NCBI GenBank assembly: GCA_963748625.1
Contig: CAVVJT010000007.1
Coordinates: 416,001-480,000, forward strand
Reading direction: 5' to 3'
Length of the DNA: 64,000 bases
Source: an uncultured Chloroflexia bacterium
GTDB taxonomy: Bacteria; Chloroflexota; Limnocylindria; Limnocylindrales; CSP1-4
The notes under the pieces: model-generated
Database searches by the model: none
Told to the model about the DNA's origin: nothing
Seen by the model: only the letters and a program-made list of their open reading frames with translations
Part shown: in pieces, positions 1 through 10,685 of the stretch
Layout: each line of letters begins with the position of its first letter
How positions within the stretch are numbered: position 1 is the stretch's first letter
Made by a program: the position numbers and the translations under genes

Positions 1-3000
1 CCACGTACCGGATCGCCCTCACTCGCTCCGACGGGACGACGGAGGTGCGGCTGGGTCGCGAAGGCAGCCAGTCCCGCTCGACGGTCACCGACTCGGTCCC
101 GGGCGACGCTGCCACGCGTGTCCCGCTTGGACACGGCGATCGAGATCACCTTCGACCAGCTCGGCGTGACCGCCGAGGACTTCGCCGCCCACTTCTCCAT
201 CGCACCCGCGGTCGCCGGGCGGTTCGAGGCGCTCGGCAGGTCGATCGCCTTCCTGCCGGACCGCCCGCTCGCGAGGAGCACGCTGTACACCGTCACGGTC
301 GGGCGGGGTCTCCCGCTGCCCGGCACGGGCGAGATCCTCGAGCGCGACATGGTCATCCGCTTCGAGACCGTGGGCAAGGTGCCGTCCAAGGTGACCGTCC
401 GTTTCGTGCGCACGCATCGTCGAGACCTCCACCGCTGACCGGGCCCGGATCACCGTCGCGGTGGACGCGCCCTCGCGCCGCGCCGACGCCGCGCTCACTC
501 GAGATCACCGTGCACCGCGTGCCCGACCTCGACGCGGCGGTCGCGGCGTGGCGTGCGATCGCTGCGCGCGCCCGGAGTGGACCCGCGTGTCGACCGTCGA
601 GCCCGTGGCCACGGCAGGCCTCGAGCGGGTGTTCGCCGGCGCCGTCCCCCTCAAGAAGCTGGATGACTGGGGATCGAAGCTGGCTCACCGTGCCCAAGCG
701 CCTGCCGGCCGGCTGGTACGTGGTCACGGAGCGATGGGCCGGCATCCCGCGCCAGGTGCTGCTCCAGGTCTCGGACCTCGCGACGTATCGCGCTGGTCGC
801 GAGCGACCGGACCGCGGTCTGGGTCAACGACGTGCGGACGGGGAAGACGGTCGCGGGGGCGAGCGCGTCGCTGGCGGGCCAGGAGCTCGGCCGGACCGAC
901 ACGCGCGGCCTGCTGGTGGCCGCACACGCCCGCGGCCGTCGCCGACGGCACGCACCGGCAGCGAGGCACTCCTCGTGGTGCGCCACGACGGCCAGGCGAC
1001 GTTCCGCGGCACCGGGATCGGCGGCGGGGAGGTTGGCGGAGCCGACCGACAGCGAGTACGCCGGCGGCTGGTTCGACGACGGCAGCTGGTACGGGGAGGA
1101 CTGGGGCTACGGCGGGTGGGGCAGCGCGGACGACGAGTGGTGGCGGCTGCTTCTCCACCGACCGGTCCGCCTACCGGTCCACCGACACCGTCAATGCCTG
1201 GGGCATGGCGCGCAACCGGGACACGGGCAGGGTGCCCTCGAGCCTCGTCGTGAGGCTCCGCGCATCGGGCGAGTCGCGTCCGCCCGTGATCGCCAGCGGC
1301 CGCGCGACACCGGACGCGAACGGCGCCTTCGCCGTGGCGCTGCCGGTCCGTGACCTGCCGGATGGCGACTACACGCTCGAGCTGGTGGCGGACGGGACCA
1401 CCATCGGCGAGCAGTGGCTCGAGGTGGTGGAGATCGTACAAGCCGGCCTGGCAGATGGACCTGACCACCGACCGTCGGGCCGTCATCGCGCCGGACACGG
1501 TCAGGGCGACCGTCCGCGCCACGTTCTACGAGGGGACACCGGTGGCCGGCGCCCGCATCGAGATCTCCGCCTACGGGGACGATGCGACGTCTACGACGGA
1601 CTTCGAGGAACGGTGGTCACCGACCTGTTCGGCACGGTCACCCACGGGTGTCCCTGGCGCCGGTGCCCGGCTGCCAGCCCTGCTGGGCCGAGATCGACGC
1701 CTAGCCCGACGTCCCCGAGGAGGCCGACTTCGAGGCGAGTGCGGTCGGTGGACGTGTTCGCCGCGTCGGCGGTGGTCGACGCCGAGGCGGCCCTCTCGGG
1801 CACGCGGCTGCGCGTGACCGGCACGGTCAGCGACGTCGATCTCGCGAGCGGTACGAGCAGGCGGCGCCCGGACGAGGAGGTCGACGCTCCGGGGCCGGGA
1901 CGTGCCGGGGCGCGTGTGCACCTGCGGATCGTGGAGCACTGGTCCGTGCAGCGGCAGACCGGGACGCGGTACGACCGCATCGACAAGAAGGTCGTGCCGG
2001 TCTACAAGACGGTCGACAAGCAGCGGACGGTGCTCGACCGAGTCCGTCACCGACGGCCGGCAACGGGACCTACGCGCTGGCGCTTCGACGTCGTCGGCGG
2101 CAAGCGCTCCTACGAGATCACGGCGTCCTACGTGGACGAGCAGTACGCGGACGACGCAGACGACCACCTGGGCCAACGAGGCCAGAGGACGAGGAGGACG
2201 ACGAGGAGGACGACCGACGGCGGTACGCAGCTGGTCAACGCGGACTCGCACGCGGACACGGACGGGGAGTACGACGGCTTGTACCGGGTCGGCGACACGG
2301 TCCGCGTGCGGTTCACGGGCGGCACGGCCAGCCCGTCCGTCCAGCGGTACCTCTACGCGATCGCGCAGCGCGGCCTGCGCTACGTCACCGTCGGCGACAC
2401 GCCGACGTTCCGCTCGACCTTCGACGAGTCGTGGCTGCCGGGCGCCTGGATCACGGGTGTCCGCTTCACCGGCGACGGCTACGAGACCGCCGTGAGCGAC
2501 TACTGGCCGCCGCGGACCTCGAGGACCGGGCGCTGTCGGTGAACGTCACCCCGGACAGCGAGCCGATACGAGCCCGGAGACACCGCGACCGTCGCGATCC
2601 GCACCCTCGGGCCCGGACGGCGCGCCCGTCGCGGCCTCCGTCTACGTGAAGGCCATCGACGAGAAGCTGTACGCCATCGACGCCGCCTACGACACCGACC
2701 CACTGGCCGACGCTGTACGCCATGGTCGGCGACGGCGTCCTGGCCACGGTGCGGTCGCACCGCGCCGCCGAGGAGGACCAGATCGAGTGCTGCGACACCA
2801 CCGGTGGTGGCGGCGATGACGCGGTCGGACTTCCGCGACTGGCTGGTCGCCACGCTGGTGACCACGGACCGGGACGGGCGGGCGACGCTGCAGGTCCCGC
2901 TGTCGGACGACCTGACCTCGTGGCGGGTGGTGGCGACCGCCGTGGACGGGTCGCTGCGGGCCGGACAGGGCGTCGGGCCGCCTCGCTGTCGGTCTCCCGT

Positions 3001-4896
3001 TCTTCGCCGAGGCGACCCTCAAGAGCGAGTACCTCGTCGCCGACCGGCCGGTCGTCAGCGTGCGCGGGTTCGGCAGCGCGCTCGGTGAAGCCGACCGCGT
3101 CACGTTCACGGTCAGCTCCGACACGCTGCCCATGGCTGCCGTGACCGTCAAGGCTCGTGCCTTCGGCTCGGCGGAGGTCCAGCTGCCGCGCCTGACGGTG
3201 GGCGACCACCGGGTCCGGATCGAGGCCGGCGCCGGTGGCGGCCGCTCCGACGTCCTGCGTGCGGACGTTCCGGGTGGTCGACTCGCGCGCGGTCCGCCGC
3301 GACACCACGTGGAGCCCGCTCGCGGAGCCGATGGCCGTGGACGCCGGCTCGGGCAGGACGTTCACCTACCTGACCCTCGCGGACGCGGGCCGCGGCCGGG
3401 TGATCCCGGTCCTCGAGCGCCTGACCTGGACCGATGGCGTCCGCTCGGACCAGCGGCTCGCGGCGGGGCTCGCGACAGCGGATCCTCGCGGGCGAGTTCG
3501 GCATGGACGCGGAGCCGGGGACAGAGGAGTGGCCTGTGGGCCGTTCTGGCGCGAGAACGGGCTCGCGCTCGTCGCCCACGGGTCCGCCCAGCTCGAGGTG
3601 ACCGCACTCGCCGCCAGTGACCGGCGACCCGCAGCTCGACGCTGGACCGGCTGCGCGAGCCGCTCGAGGCCGTCGCCTTCGACGCACGCCAGCTCCGCGA
3701 GCGGCGACTGCTCGCCCTTGCCGGCCTCGCTGCCCTCGGCGAGCCCGTCCTGGGCGAGGTGCGCTCGGCAGCAGCGCAGGCGGATCTCACGCTCGAGGAG
3801 CAGATCTCAGTCGCGCTCGCGGCGTTCCATCGCCGGTGACGAGGCGCTCGCCAGGCAGGCTGGAGCGGGCGGTGCTCGAAGCCCATGGGCGTGCTCGAGG
3901 ACGCGTGGCTGCGCCTCGACACCGGCGACCCGGAGGCGCGACGCGCTCCAGACGGCACGGCTGGCGATCGTGTCGGCCTCACTGGGTCGGCACGTACGCG
4001 GCCGACATGGACGCCTGGATCGAGGCGAATCCTCCGCGCGACACTCCGTGGTCGATCTCGAGCGCGCGCTCGCGGCCCGCGGCTGGGTCCAGCGGTGTCC
4101 GGGCGGCGACGCGGTCGCCGGCCTGTGGGTCGATGGCACCCGGCGCGAGGTGGCGATCCGCGGCGGCAACCCGGTGTCGGTCCAGCTGACGCCCGCCCAG
4201 GCGTCGTCGGCTCGAGGCTGGAACCCGTGTCGGGACAGGTCGTCGTGGTGACGCAGCGCGACGTGCCGCTCCACGCCGGCGGGCTCACGCCCCCGGACGG
4301 CGTCACCATCACCCGCACGGTGAAGCCCGCGGCGACATCAGGCCGACGGACACGGTGATCGTGACCCTGACCGTGCGGCTTGCCGCCGGCGGCACGCACG
4401 GAGTCCTGGACGGTGACCGACTGGGTGCCGTCCGGGCTCTGCGCCGACGGGTGGCGGTGAGTGGAACCGCGCGATCTCGCCCGACTCGATCACCGGCCAG
4501 CGGGTGGTGTTCCACTTCGGCGAGAGCCGCAAGACGGGCACGTGGATCCTGCGCTACGTCGCCCGGGTCGTGACGCCGGGCACGTACCGCTGGGAGTCGA
4601 CGGTGCTCCAGTCGGACGTCAACCCGGACGAGGGCCTCCTGGTGCCGCCGGACGAGATCACGATCAGAGGCCTGGCGGTCCTCGGGTGCCGGCGACGCCC
4701 GACGCCGACACCGCAGCCGACGCTGGAACCGACGCCCGCTCCGACGGCGGCAGTCCGTCGGATCGCCCATGCCCACGCCCAGGCCACGCCGCAGCCAACC
4801 CCGAGCCCACGCCCGGCAACGACGCCCGGCGCGACCTCGAGCCCGCGCCCGGTCCCGAGCCCGGCACCGTCCATCGCGCCGTCTCCGTCACCCTAG
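1..4896 (+). CDS. Bacterial alpha-2-macroglobulin family large extracellular protein (5' end outside window, many frameshifts), Pro/Thr-rich C-terminal tail
   Basis: Fragments across frames: Ig-like domain (AIEITFDQ..IAFLPDRPLARSTLYTVTV), MG2 domain (TDRSAYRSTDTVNAWG), YRVGDTVRV, RSDFRD...VTTDRDGRATLQVPLSDDLTSWRVVATA, and C-terminal LRYVARVVTPGTYRWES. Stop at 4894-4896. Confidence 0.8.
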
Positions 4897-4962
4897 ACCT
4901 CCACCGGCGAAGTGGTATCGCCGCGCGGACGAACGACCCCTCACGGCGATACCATCGCGCCC

Positions 4963-5550
4963 ATGGCCATCCGTCCCATCACCACCCTCGGCGATCCCCG
5001 GCTGCGCATGCCCGGCCGCGAGGTCGCCCGGTTCGACCGTGAGCTGGGCGTCCTCATCGACGACATGATCGAGACCATGGACGATGCTCCCGGCGTCGGG
5101 CTCGCCGCCCAGCAGGTGGGCGTCGACCTGCGGGTCTGCGTGATCCGCATCGAGGACGAGCTCTACGAGGTGGTGAACCCCGAGATCGTCCATCTCTCGG
5201 GCGAGGAGGGCGACTGGGAGGGCTGCCTGTCGGCCCCGGGGCTCCGCGCCTGGCGGGTGCGGGCCGAGCACGCGGTGATGACCGGGCGCGACCGCCACGG
5301 ACGGAAGGTGAAGGTGTCAGGCCACGGTCTGCTCGCCCGGGCGATCCAGCACGAGTTCGACCACCTCCACGGCGAGATCTACATCGACAAGCTGCCGGCC
5401 GGGCAGGAGATCCTCACCGAGGAGCAGCTCGACGAGCGGCTCCAGGCGGAGCGCAAGACCCACCGGCTGGCGCGGATCCACCGGCGCAAGCCCGTCGACG
5501 CGGCGATCGACGCTGCGGCGTCCAGTGAGGCTGCGCTCGACGCAGGGTAG
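4963..5550 (+). CDS. def: Peptide deformylase
   Basis: All three PDF motifs present: GVGLAAQQVG, EGCLS, QHEFDHLHG. Start taken at MAIRPI (ATG 4963). Confidence 0.96.
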   Translation: MAIRPITTLGDPRLRMPGREVARFDRELGVLIDDMIETMDDAPGVGLAAQQVGVDLRVCVIRIEDELYEVVNPEIVHLSGEEGDWEGCLSAPGLRAWRVRAEHAVMTGRDRHGRKVKVSGHGLLARAIQHEFDHLHGEIYIDKLPAGQEILTEEQLDERLQAERKTHRLARIHRRKPVDAAIDAAASSEAALDAG

Positions 5551-5639
5551 GGCCCGGTTGCGCTGCGGGCGATGGCCGCGTGCGCTGCCGGCTTGCGGTG
5601 CCCCGCGCTGGTGCCGCGTGCGCCGCTGTGCGCCCAGAG

Positions 5640-5769
5640 TCAACGGAATCGCGCATCAGGGGCCACCTGGGCGGCGTCAGGATGCCCATTTGCGGGTTTG
5701 TGCTGACGCCCAGGCAACGATCGGCCGCAAACCGGCATGGCCGGCGTCCCGTTTGCGGGGTTTCGTTGA
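5640..5769. repeat. ~130 bp intergenic element bounded by imperfect inverted repeats (REP/MITE-like)
   Basis: TCAACGGAATCGCGCA (5640) matches the reverse complement of TGCGGGGTTTCGTTGA (5754-5769) at 13/16. An internal copy of the right arm (TTTGCGGGTTTGTGCTGA) lies at ~5688. Located between convergent genes. Confidence 0.45.
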
Positions 5770-5838
5770 CCTGCACGCACGCGACCGGGGCGAGGGCGAG
5801 GAAGCGAGCGAGGCCGAGGGCGAGGAAGCGGGCGGGTG

Positions 5839-7989
5839 CTACTTCCCGTCGCCTGCGGCCCGGCGCGACTCCAGCTCCACCACCTTGTTCTGCGGGTAGG
5901 CCACCCGCTGGTGGTACATGCCCAGGAGCTGTGCCACGAACGCCTCGCGGATCCGCTCGATGTCGCGCAGGGTGAGGTCGCACTCGTCGAACTGGTCGTC
6001 GGCGATCCGGTCCTCGATGATGCGCGCCACCATCGCCCGGATGGCGGCCTCGTCACGCGTTGCCAGCGAGCGAACCGACGCCTCGGTGGAGTCCGCCAGC
6101 ATGATGATCGCGGCCTCACGGGACTGGGGCTTGGGGCCGCCGTGGCGGAACTTGCGCACATCCACCGCGTCGGCCGCCTTGCGCCCCTCGGCCGTGTCGA
6201 GCCCGCCGTACGGCGCCGCCGCCTGTTCTCGCGCCCGGGCGTGGAAGTAGCCCATGACCATCGTCCCGTGGTGCTGCGGGATGAACGCGATGATCGCCTT
6301 GGGCAGGCCGGACTTGTAGGCGAGGTCGATTCCCTCACTGATGTGGCTCTTGAGCATCTGGGCCGACTGCTCGGGGTCCAGCTCGTCGTGGACGTTGTCA
6401 GCGCCCGCCTGGTTCTCAATGAAGAACGCGGGGTTCGCGATCTTGCCGACATCGTGGTAGTAGGCCGCCACGCGGGTCAGCAGCGGATCGGCCCCGATCA
6501 CCTCGGCAGCGCGCTCCGCCAGGTTGCCGACCATGAGGCTGTGGTGGTACGTGCCGGGCGTCTCCACGAGGAGCCGGCGCAGGAGCGGCTGGGACGGGTT
6601 CGCGAGCTCGAGCAACTGGAACGACGTGACGATGCCGAACACCGACCCGATCACCGCGAAGGAGCCGACCGCGGCCACCGCCGAGCCGCCCGCCGACACG
6701 GCGGCCGCGCCGATCAGCTCCAGGATTCCGCGGATGTCCCGGTCGCCGAGGAGCGCGAACGTCACGACCACCAGCGACTGGACGACAAACACCCCGACGC
6801 CCGCCTGGAGGAAGACGGTGAGGCGCTCGCCGCGGCGCACGCCGACGATGCCCGACAGGCCGCCGAGCATCACGTAGGCCGCGAGCTCCAGCCCGCCACC
6901 GTTCACGGCCGCCGCGACCACCGCGATCAGCGCGGTCAGGATGACGGCGACGCCGGCGTCGAGCAGGACGGTCACGAGCATGCCGACCGCCGCCAGTGGG
7001 AGCGCATACGGAAGCCAGGCGCGGTCGGCCGTGAGCTTGAGGGCGAAGACCGACACCAACAGCAGCAGGCCCAACAGCAGCAGGACGTTGTTGCGGTGCC
7101 AGAAGTCGCGCCGGAAGCGCCAGGTCCACGTCAGCAGCAGGCCCACGACCAGGACCGTGAGGAGCACGAAGCCGCCGAGGCGCACGGGGTCGAGGCCGCC
7201 ATCGTTCAGGCCGAGGGTGTCGACGGCCTCCATCGCGACCGCGTCCACGAGGTCGCCGCCGCGGATGATGGTCTGACCGCGCTCCCAGGACTTGACCTGG
7301 TCCACGACCGCCTCCGCGGCCCGGGCGCGCTCCTGCTCGGTGACGATCTCCGAGTACGAGGAGTTGGGGACGACCAGCGGACGGATGAGGGAGGCCGCGA
7401 GCGCCGCCTCGGCAGCGGTGAGGTCCCCGCCCATGCGGCCGGCGAGGCTGGACCTGACGGCGGCCACCTCAACGTCACGGAGCTCGGAGCGCTCGAGCGT
7501 GTCGAGGACACGTGCCGCCTCGCTGCGGACGGCGGCCCAGCGGGCGGCGTCCAGGGCGAGCAGCGTGGTGCGGTCCTCGGTCCCCACCTGGTTCGCGAGC
7601 GCAGCCGTGAGCAGGGCTGTCCGGGTGTCCTCGCTGACCGCGTCGCCGAAGGCGAGGTCGATGGAGGTGACCAGGCGCTCGAACTCGCCCAACTGCTGGG
7701 TGGCGACGGCGACCGCGTTCGCGAGGGTGAAGTCGTACTGGGGATCGACCGCGGTACGGGCCGCCTCGCGGGCCTCGTCGGTGAGCACCTTGCTGACGTA
7801 CTGGGTGGTGCGCGTGGCCTGGACGTTGGCCGGCGCAGGCTTGCCGACCTCGAGCGGCGGCTGGGCCGGCAGGACGTCGATCCCGAGGATCACCGACATC
7901 GCGATGATCAGCAGCAGCGACGCGCCGATCAGGCGGCCGGCGTCACCGCGCGTGAAGCCTGTGGTCTGTTCGCTCGACTGGGCAAGCAT
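5839..7989 (-). CDS. pgpH: 7TM-HD (HDIG) family phosphohydrolase, PgpH-like cyclic-di-AMP phosphodiesterase
   Basis: N-terminal TM, extracellular domain, 7 TM segments, then LLELANPSQPLLRRL..ETPGTYHHS..YYHDVGK..FFIENQ..QHHGT..GPKPQSREAAIIMLAD. Confidence 0.88.
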   Translation of the reverse strand: MLAQSSEQTTGFTRGDAGRLIGASLLLIIAMSVILGIDVLPAQPPLEVGKPAPANVQATRTTQYVSKVLTDEAREAARTAVDPQYDFTLANAVAVATQQLGEFERLVTSIDLAFGDAVSEDTRTALLTAALANQVGTEDRTTLLALDAARWAAVRSEAARVLDTLERSELRDVEVAAVRSSLAGRMGGDLTAAEAALAASLIRPLVVPNSSYSEIVTEQERARAAEAVVDQVKSWERGQTIIRGGDLVDAVAMEAVDTLGLNDGGLDPVRLGGFVLLTVLVVGLLLTWTWRFRRDFWHRNNVLLLLGLLLLVSVFALKLTADRAWLPYALPLAAVGMLVTVLLDAGVAVILTALIAVVAAAVNGGGLELAAYVMLGGLSGIVGVRRGERLTVFLQAGVGVFVVQSLVVVTFALLGDRDIRGILELIGAAAVSAGGSAVAAVGSFAVIGSVFGIVTSFQLLELANPSQPLLRRLLVETPGTYHHSLMVGNLAERAAEVIGADPLLTRVAAYYHDVGKIANPAFFIENQAGADNVHDELDPEQSAQMLKSHISEGIDLAYKSGLPKAIIAFIPQHHGTMVMGYFHARAREQAAAPYGGLDTAEGRKAADAVDVRKFRHGGPKPQSREAAIIMLADSTEASVRSLATRDEAAIRAMVARIIEDRIADDQFDECDLTLRDIERIREAFVAQLLGMYHQRVAYPQNKVVELESRRAAGDGK

Positions 7990-8013
7990 GGCCGCATTCC
8001 TCCGGACTGGAGG

Positions 8014-8490
8014 CTAGTGCTCCGTGTCGTGTGCCGCAAGGTCCGCTCGGGCCAGCGCCTGGGCCACCAGGCCCGCAGCGGTCTTGCCGTCGGCGCGGCC
8101 GCGGATGCGCGGGGAGAGCACGCCCATGACCTTGCCCAGGTCGCGCGCGGAGGCGGCTCCGGTCTCGGCCACGGCCTGGTCCACCAGGGCACGAAGCTCG
8201 TCGTCCGTCAGCTGCTGCGGGAGGTAGTCGTTGAGGATGGCGATCTCCGCCTCCTCCTTCGCGACGAGGTCCTCGCGGCCGCCCTTGCGGAAGGCGTCCA
8301 CGGACTCGCGGCGGGTCTTGACCTCCCTGGTGACGACGCCGAGGATCTCGTCCTCGGACAGGGTGACCTTCTTCGCCTTCTCGGTGTTGTAGATGGAGTT
8401 CTGGACCATCCGCAGCACGTCGCGGCGCAGCGCGTCACCGGACCGCATCGCTGCGATGGTGTCGTCATGGAGTCGTTCGCGTAGGGTCAC
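8014..8490 (-). CDS. yqeY: GatB/YqeY domain protein
   Basis: LRERLHDDTIAAMRSGD..KTRRESVDAFRKGGREDL..YLPQQL..DLGKVMG..GRADGK. Directly downstream of rpsU as usual. GTG start inferred. Confidence 0.93.
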   Translation of the reverse strand: MTLRERLHDDTIAAMRSGDALRRDVLRMVQNSIYNTEKAKKVTLSEDEILGVVTREVKTRRESVDAFRKGGREDLVAKEEAEIAILNDYLPQQLTDDELRALVDQAVAETGAASARDLGKVMGVLSPRIRGRADGKTAAGLVAQALARADLAAHDTEH

Positions 8491-8577
8491 CGGATGGCTC
8501 CTTGCGGACCCCCGGGGTGCCAAGAGACCCGCGGATCGCTCCACTCGCGTGGGGAGTCCGCGGGTCCCGGGAAAGGC

Positions 8578-8763
8578 TCAGCCCTGGCTCGCTCGCGCGT
8601 TCTTCTTGCGCTTCGCTTCCTTGCGCTTCCGCTTCACCGACGGCTTCTCGTAGTGCTCACGACGACGCGCCTCGGCGAGGATCCCGCTCTGCTGGATCTT
8701 CTTGTTGAAGCGTCGGAGGGCGCTTTCGAACGTCTCGTTCTCGCCCACTCGGACTTCGGCCAA
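8578..8763 (-). CDS. rpsU: 30S ribosomal protein S21
   Basis: [49 protein letters not shown] start preceded by SD GGAGGTG. Confidence 0.97.
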   Translation of the reverse strand: MAEVRVGENETFESALRRFNKKIQQSGILAEARRREHYEKPSVKRKRKEAKRKKNARASQG

Positions 8764-8886
8764 ACCCGGTTCACCTCCTCGGGCAGGGAGTTGGTGCCTC
8801 ACCATGTCCACACGCGAATGCCCAACGGTGCGGGGCGTCCGACAGACGACGTGACGGGCACGCCAAGCCTGCCGGCAGGCCGCCGG

Positions 8887-8915
8887 AGTGTATGCCCGTG
8901 CATGGAGAGGGTCAA
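8887..8915 (-). promoter_or_regulatory. Sigma70-type promoter of rpsU-yqeY-pgpH
   Basis: Minus strand TTGACC-N17-TACACT. Confidence 0.65.
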
Positions 8916-9058
8916 ACGCGCGGGGGTAGGAGATAGAGCGGACGGAAACGCGCCGGTGATCGCCGCGATGCGCGTTCAGGCTCGTGGTCCTTCGCTTCGG
9001 AGGTCTCCTGCGAGAGCCGGGGTCATTAGTCTGCCAGCACGTTCGCGGCGTGGGGCGA

Positions 9059-9953
9059 CTACTTCTTCGCCGGCCCAGGAAGTTCTCCTAGCCTTCGCAA
9101 CTCGCTACGGATGAGCCGCGTCAGCTCGCGCCGCAGGCGGACAGTCTGGCCAGCCTCGAACTCCAGCGCGTCGTTGTTCAGCGTGACGTCATTGAGGGTC
9201 AAGAGTCGAGTGCCGCTGCGCTCGAGTCGGTGCAGACCTGGCGAGCACCTCGGCCCTCGATCGCAGGGCGTCGCGAAGGCGAGGCCGGGCTCGAGGCGGT
9301 GCAGACGCTGGCGACGTGCCTGTGCTCGATCGCTCAAGGGCGCCGACGCGGCGATGCCCGCGCTCGAGTCGGTGAGACCTAGGCGATCGACTCACGCCCT
9401 CGAGTCGCGCAAGGGCGTCACGATGGCGATGCCCGCGCTCGAGTCGGTGCAGACCCTGGCGATGTCGACCTCGCCCTGAGTCGCTCAAGGGCGTCACGAC
9501 GGCGATCCGCGCACGAGATCGGTGCAGTCCTCGCGATGTCGACCTTCGCCCTCGAGTCGCCGAGGGCGTCGATGGCGATGGCCGGCGCTCGAGCGTTGAG
9601 ATCTCGGGCACGCCAGCATCCTCGAAGGTTGTCGAGTCCAACTCGACGCCCTCGGTGCGGAGCCAGGTCGTCGCTTTCCGCGACGAGCCCCGGCACGTCC
9701 GCCACCACGTGTCGCCACCGATCATCAACAACGCCAACCACCCGACAGGCCTTGGTCGCGTCGCTGATGTGGCGCATCTGGCTCGCCGCAGCGGCAACGG
9801 GTCGGCGGAGTCCGGCCCACCGACGGGCACGACCTCGAGAACGACCAGGCCTGCTGGCGTGTCGACGGCCAGGTCAAGCCTCAGCCCAGCGATATCGACC
9901 GACTTTGCCTCAATTCCGCGCATCGCCAGACGGCCGCTGATGGCGCCCGGCAA
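9059..9953 (-). pseudogene. Putative PD-(D/E)xK-like protein interrupted by a tandem-repeat block
   Basis: N-part GLRLDLAVDTPAGLVVLEV resembles a restriction-endonuclease-like core. C-part is [46 protein letters not shown]. The two halves join in frame if the block between the two GCGCTCGAG copies (9218, 9585) is removed. Confidence 0.35.
9218..9593 (+). repeat. Tandem array of ~5 degenerate units of ~75 bp (consensus ~78 bp)
   Basis: Unit GCGCTCGAGTCGGTGCAGACCCTGGCGATGTCGACCT(C)CGCCCTCGAGTCGCTCAAGGGCGTCACGATGGCGATGCCC starts at ~9218, 9287, 9360, 9435, 9509, with a last partial copy at 9585. Confidence 0.85.
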
Positions 9954-10007
9954 GTGCCGCTGCTACCTGAGAGTCCTTCTCCGGGGCCCGTAGCGCCGTT
10001 CGACCCT

Positions 10008-10540
10008 TCAGCTGCTCCTGCCATCCCGCGTCCGTTGGGTCTGGGTAGAAGATGCCCTCGATCGTGCATCGAGGTCCTCGACCGTCTCGACGACCGCCAC
10101 CAACTCGGAGCCTTGGGCCCCAAAGACGTACACGAGGTTGCGGGCAGCTGGAAGCGCCAGCTCCGGAACGCCCGGCGCATCCTCGTCCCGCTTGCTCTGA
10201 ATATCCTCAAGGAACGCGAGCAAGGTGAACTGCCGCGGCTGCCGTGGCGTCCAGCTCTGATACGGTGCCACTACGATGAGCTCGGCCTCGCGCAGCCCGC
10301 ATCGTTGTAGCCAGGTCGCGCCCGCCCTTGTGCGACACCTGCGTGCCGAGGCCGTGTGAGCCGCGAGCCAGTCCTGCGGCGCCGATCGACACCGCATCGC
10401 CCGTTACGCTCGTGTACCGCTCGGCGAATGTGACAGCGAGGTCGAGGGCGACAATGGCCTGACTGGCGTCGGCGACGGCGTCGCTCGGGTCGTCCTGGCG
10501 AGACCCGTGAAGGTCGCGAGGCGTCTTGGCGTCGGAGAGC
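10008..10540 (-). CDS. Hypothetical protein (frameshifted, boundaries uncertain)
   Basis: Protein-like stretches in two frames: [24 protein letters not shown] and [46 protein letters not shown]. Confidence 0.3.
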
Positions 10541-10685
10541 GGTCCTACGCGTGGATGCGGACTCGAGTTTGCATTCGCTCCACCCTCGCGCGTGCGAGGA
10601 CGGCTCCGCGAGGCGAGCCTGTGGGCCAGCGATGAGGCGCGGCGATCGCCTGCTGATCGTCCTCCCAACTCGTCCGCGGCCATCA

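Noticed and set aside
5836-8484. 882 aa + strand ORF, and similar long ORFs at 41320-44463, 54411-56594, 22246-24192 and 46944-48812
   Set aside because: Antisense shadow frames of real minus-strand genes in high-GC DNA, with no recognisable motifs.
8770-9058. tRNA or attachment site at the island's left edge
   Set aside because: No cloverleaf or T-loop consensus, and no direct repeat matching the right edge, could be found by eye.
9218-9593. Possible CRISPR array
   Set aside because: The units are contiguous tandem copies with no unique spacers, and there are no cas genes.
9990-10290. Second PLD-like gene (ELIVVAPY ... MHDRGHLL in different frames)
   Set aside because: The motifs lie in different frames of a noisy region and are too short to support a call without a profile search.
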